Shown here: in pieces, positions 17,951-20,770 of the stretch | Layout of the letters: every line of letters begins with the position of its first letter | Numbering within the stretch: position 1 is the stretch's first letter | NCBI GenBank assembly: GCA_051382305.1 | Contig: JBBCAV010000433.1 | Coordinates: 1 to 20,770 of the forward strand | Length of the DNA stretch: 20,770 bases | Direction: 5' to 3' | From: Bdellovibrionota bacterium FG-2 | GTDB lineage: Bacteria; Bdellovibrionota; UBA1018 | The notes under the pieces: generated by a model | Told to the model about the DNA's origin: nothing | The model's database searches: none | The model's input: the letters and a program-made list of their open reading frames with translations, nothing else | Made by a program: the position numbers and the translations under genes

Positions 17951-18717
17951 GCGGCCTTCCTTTCAGATTCTTCCTGGTTAAGGATGAAGTGGGGGTAGAT
18001 TTCTCCGATGATCAGTCGTTGGGCAATTAAGTCTTGATGTTTTAGGGAGCACTGATGAACCCATTCACTGGGCTCGTCTAAGACCATGAGTTCAACTTCT
18101 TCTCTCATAAATCGATTATGGAAGGGGCCTACCTCACGGCCTTCGAAGCTAAGGGGCTTGAATCCAAATCCTCTGTAAAGACGGTCTGTTTTGAAGCGAA
18201 GCACCGCTGCAACGAGAACTTTTCTCAGATTTTTATTCTGCCAATCATTTAGAAGTACCGCTGCAAGCAGCTCTCGAGTGAGTTCAACCAGTGGACGTTC
18301 TGTGCGATGTTTCTTGGAAATTGAAAAGAAGGCTCCATAGGAGAGATCTTCCCCTGACATTCGTGTGTCTTCCAATAGTTTCTGAACGGCGAATTCGTGA
18401 CGGGGGGCCTGAGAATATTTCAAAACACTCAGCAGGGGCAGTGCGATATTTAGTTCGTCGTACCGACTTAAGAAGCCAAACTTCACAGAGCTAAAGGGGT
18501 GTATGCTCGTCTCATCTTGAAAGCAGAAAAGATGATGACAGTCCACGTAGTCGGTCATATCAAAGGGGATGACTTGCTTTGGGTATTCTGGCCGGTAGCC
18601 CTCGGTGCGAGCTTGAATCATCTTCGCAAATAGTTCCGCAAGCGGCCAAAAGGAGAGATTTGTATAGACCTGATCAAGGGTTGCTATTCTGATCTGCCTA
18701 CTGAAGAGATCAGTCAT
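17947..18717 (-). CDS. Putative GNAT-fold acyltransferase, LuxI/FeeM (N-acyl synthase)-like
   Basis: R-x2-Y...D-x2-D-x4-H-L pattern (ARTEGY...PFDMTDYVDCHHLF), GNAT motif-A-like FSISKKHR and motif-B-like LYRGFGFKPL. GGAGG lies 5 nt before ATG 18717. The fold call is by eye. Confidence 0.55.
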   Translation of the reverse strand: MTDLFSRQIRIATLDQVYTNLSFWPLAELFAKMIQARTEGYRPEYPKQVIPFDMTDYVDCHHLFCFQDETSIHPFSSVKFGFLSRYDELNIALPLLSVLKYSQAPRHEFAVQKLLEDTRMSGEDLSYGAFFSISKKHRTERPLVELTRELLAAVLLNDWQNKNLRKVLVAAVLRFKTDRLYRGFGFKPLSFEGREVGPFHNRFMREEVELMVLDEPSEWVHQCSLKHQDLIAQRLIIGEIYPHFILNQEESERKAA

Positions 18718-18742
18718 ATCCACCTCCGGAAGAGCTTTACTG

Positions 18743-18751
18743 ATTATATCA
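18743..18751 (-). promoter_or_regulatory. Extended -10 promoter of the acyltransferase operon
   Basis: Minus strand TG-A-TATAAT is a perfect TGnTATAAT, 15 nt upstream of the GGAGG SD. Confidence 0.65.
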
Positions 18752-18784
18752 AGTTATCATGTTGCGGCTGTCGGGCCGAACTCT

Positions 18785-18812
18785 CTATCGGCGAAGGGGC
18801 ATCTTTACTTTA
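18785..18812 (-). promoter_or_regulatory. Possible sigma28 (FliA) promoter of the same operon
   Basis: Minus strand TAAA-N16-GCCGATAG, compared with the consensus TAAA-N15-GCCGATAA. Confidence 0.4.
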
Positions 18813-18935
18813 GTGCTTTAACAATTAGACTCGCGTACTCGCAAAGCTCAGAATCGGTTATCTATTTCGGGGTGGAGCCAAATCGCACTTCCGCCACAAT
18901 AAGCGCAAGATTTCAGCCAAGTATCCAGTGTTGGA

Positions 18936-19883
18936 CTAGCTCAAAAAACTCGCGCGCGCTGCAAACTCAAAACACTTCTCAATCTCGCCCTCGCTCATCC
19001 CAAGTCGTGTTTTGCAGACCTCGATCTCCTGCAGTAGCGTCTTGCCGAAAATCCCTGGGTCATCTGTATTGACACAAACCGGAACTCCGGCGCGAAGCAG
19101 GGCCGGCAGCGGATGCGCCTCAAGTGAAGGTACGCACTTCGTAAGCCAGTTGCTGGTCGGGCACACCTCGAGACAGATCTCGTGCTTGCGTAGATGCTCC
19201 AGCAGTTTCGGATCACGAATCGCCGCGATCCCATGCCCAATGCGGGTGGCGCCCAAAAGTTCAATGGCTTCCCAGATGTTTTCTGGCCCCACGGCTTCAC
19301 CGGCATGAATCGTGATCTTGGCGCCTTGCGCCCGCGCTTTTCTAAACGAGCCTTCAAAAAGGCGGCAGGGAAACTGATTTTCGTTTCCTGCTAAATCACA
19401 GCCGACGAATCGCAGGCGATTGCGCAGAAAAAATTCGACCGATTCATCCACGGAGTCTACGCCGTAATCGCGGGTTGCAATACAAATCAATCCCCACTGC
19501 ATATCCGGGTAAGTGCGAACCCCGCGCTGGAGCCCTCGCTCAAATGACGACAAAATCTCATCCCACGCAAGCCCGCTGAATTCGGAGCAAAACGAAGGCG
19601 AAAATCTGAATTCCACTCGGCGGGTCCCCTCATGGTAGCAATCTTCAAGCGCTTCAAACGCCACGCGCTCTAAAATCTCAGGCGTGGCCAAGACTTTTTG
19701 AAAAAGGGAAAACGTGGCCAGAACGGCAGTGAGACTCTCTAACGGCTCGCGAATGTAGAGCTGCTCTTGAAAACAAGTGAGTGAAGTGCTTTGGGCGATG
19801 AGACTACGCTCGATCGCGATCTCATGGATCGTCGCGGATCGAAGCGAGACATCAAGATGCCGGTGAAGTTCGGTTCTCTTCAT
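18936..19883 (-). CDS. add: Adenosine deaminase family amidohydrolase
   Basis: ELHRHLD, EFRFSP, DLAGNE, TIHAGE, RIGHG, EVCPTSN and NTDDP motifs. Confidence 0.92.
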   Translation of the reverse strand: MKRTELHRHLDVSLRSATIHEIAIERSLIAQSTSLTCFQEQLYIREPLESLTAVLATFSLFQKVLATPEILERVAFEALEDCYHEGTRRVEFRFSPSFCSEFSGLAWDEILSSFERGLQRGVRTYPDMQWGLICIATRDYGVDSVDESVEFFLRNRLRFVGCDLAGNENQFPCRLFEGSFRKARAQGAKITIHAGEAVGPENIWEAIELLGATRIGHGIAAIRDPKLLEHLRKHEICLEVCPTSNWLTKCVPSLEAHPLPALLRAGVPVCVNTDDPGIFGKTLLQEIEVCKTRLGMSEGEIEKCFEFAARASFLS

Positions 19884-19892
19884 GCCTTACTA

Positions 19893-20663
19893 TTACGCCC
19901 CCAAAATGCTTGCGCCACTATCGATATAAAGTGTGGAGCCCGTGATGTGCCGTCCGCCAGGGCCGCATAGAAACGCCGCCATCGCACCTACATCCTCAGC
20001 CGAAATATTCTCGTGGAGCGGTGTTTTTTCGCCGGCCTGGGCGAGAAGCGAGCGAAACCCACGGATTCCGGCTGCAGAGAGCGTTTTTACTGGGCCTGCT
20101 GAAATCGCGTTTACGCGAATTTTCTTGGGCCCCATATCCACCGCTAGATATTTTACGCACGCCTCGAGCGCGGCTTTAGCAACCCCCATGACATTGTAAT
20201 TGGGAATGACTTTATGAGCGCCATAGTAACTTAGGGTAAGAATCGTCCCACCGCCTACCGTATCCATCAAAGGCTCGGTTCGCTTCGCGGCCGCCACAAG
20301 ACTGTAGGCACTAATGTCTAAAGCAACACGAAACCCTTCGCGCGAGGTATCCACGAACCGGCCGTCTAGGTCCTCACGATTGGCAAAAGCGACGCTATGA
20401 ATAAGGATGTCGAGCTTGCCCCATTTTTCCCGCACTTTTTCAAAAAGTGAATCAAGCTGGGCGTCGTCTGTCACGTTACAGGGTTCAATAAAGGTGGCGC
20501 CAATACTTTCGGCCAAGGGGCGTACTCTTCGCTCAAGCGATTCGCCTAAGAAGTTAACGCCGATCTCGGCTCCTTCGTCATGGAGTGCTTGCGCAATCGC
20601 CCAGGCCAAACTTCGTTCGTTAGCGATTCCAAGGATTAGTGCTTTTTTCCCAGTCATACTCAT
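19893..20663 (-). CDS. fabI: Enoyl-ACP reductase (NADH)
   Basis: GIANERSLAWAIA, HSVAFA, ISAYSL, YNVMGVAKAALE and VNAISAGPVKTL motifs; AGGAGG SD. Confidence 0.97.
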   Translation of the reverse strand: MSMTGKKALILGIANERSLAWAIAQALHDEGAEIGVNFLGESLERRVRPLAESIGATFIEPCNVTDDAQLDSLFEKVREKWGKLDILIHSVAFANREDLDGRFVDTSREGFRVALDISAYSLVAAAKRTEPLMDTVGGGTILTLSYYGAHKVIPNYNVMGVAKAALEACVKYLAVDMGPKKIRVNAISAGPVKTLSAAGIRGFRSLLAQAGEKTPLHENISAEDVGAMAAFLCGPGGRHITGSTLYIDSGASILGA

Positions 20664-20770
20664 CGTTACAAATCCTCCTGAGTTATCCGCTCAAAATAGA
20701 AGCGCTCCTAAATTGATCTGCGCAAAAATCTCATCCTTGCCACCCACGCTTGGACGAAAACCTTTTTGGT

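Noticed and set aside
18829-18845. ACTCGCGT/CTCGCAAA words shared with 10165-10181
   Set aside because: These are only 8-mers, in a different arrangement (direct versus inverted), and cannot be distinguished from chance without motif statistics.
656-20199. Many short alternative-frame or antisense ORFs in the track (e.g. 5402-6034, 8454-8900, 13297-13737, 13743-14159)
   Set aside because: They are wholly or largely nested in well-supported genes and have no recognisable motifs; these are shadow ORFs.
1-20770. CRISPR array, rRNA or prophage genes
   Set aside because: No regularly spaced repeats, rRNA-like sequence or phage hallmark proteins were seen.

Overview
Bacterial chromosomal window; gene style suggests a Bdellovibrionota/deltaproteobacterial host, which is inference only. 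The left part holds the tail of a Y1/RAYT-like transposase, tRNA-Arg(UCG) and a minus-strand housekeeping block: murF-like ligase, sua5, ribD, ribE, ribBA, ribH and a CDF Zn exporter. The rib genes are split by a brnT/brnA toxin-antitoxin pair and a frameshifted dienelactone-hydrolase gene. The right end holds fabI and adenosine deaminase. Between them (about 8.9-18.8 kb) is an accessory block with an orphan GAF histidine kinase, a DUF4143-type AAA+ ATPase, a secreted EF-hand alpha/beta hydrolase and an EamA exporter. It also holds three paralogous XRE-HTH + V4R-like (Cys/Glu/Cys/Cys) regulators and a translationally coupled operon: LuxI/FeeM-like GNAT acyltransferase, SAM methyltransferase and CysE-like acetyltransferase. 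The best candidate for an undescribed system is this set, read as a small-molecule synthase/exporter/receptor (quorum-sensing-like) circuit that would use XRE-V4R receptors instead of LuxR. All family calls come from motif recognition by eye; no searches were run.
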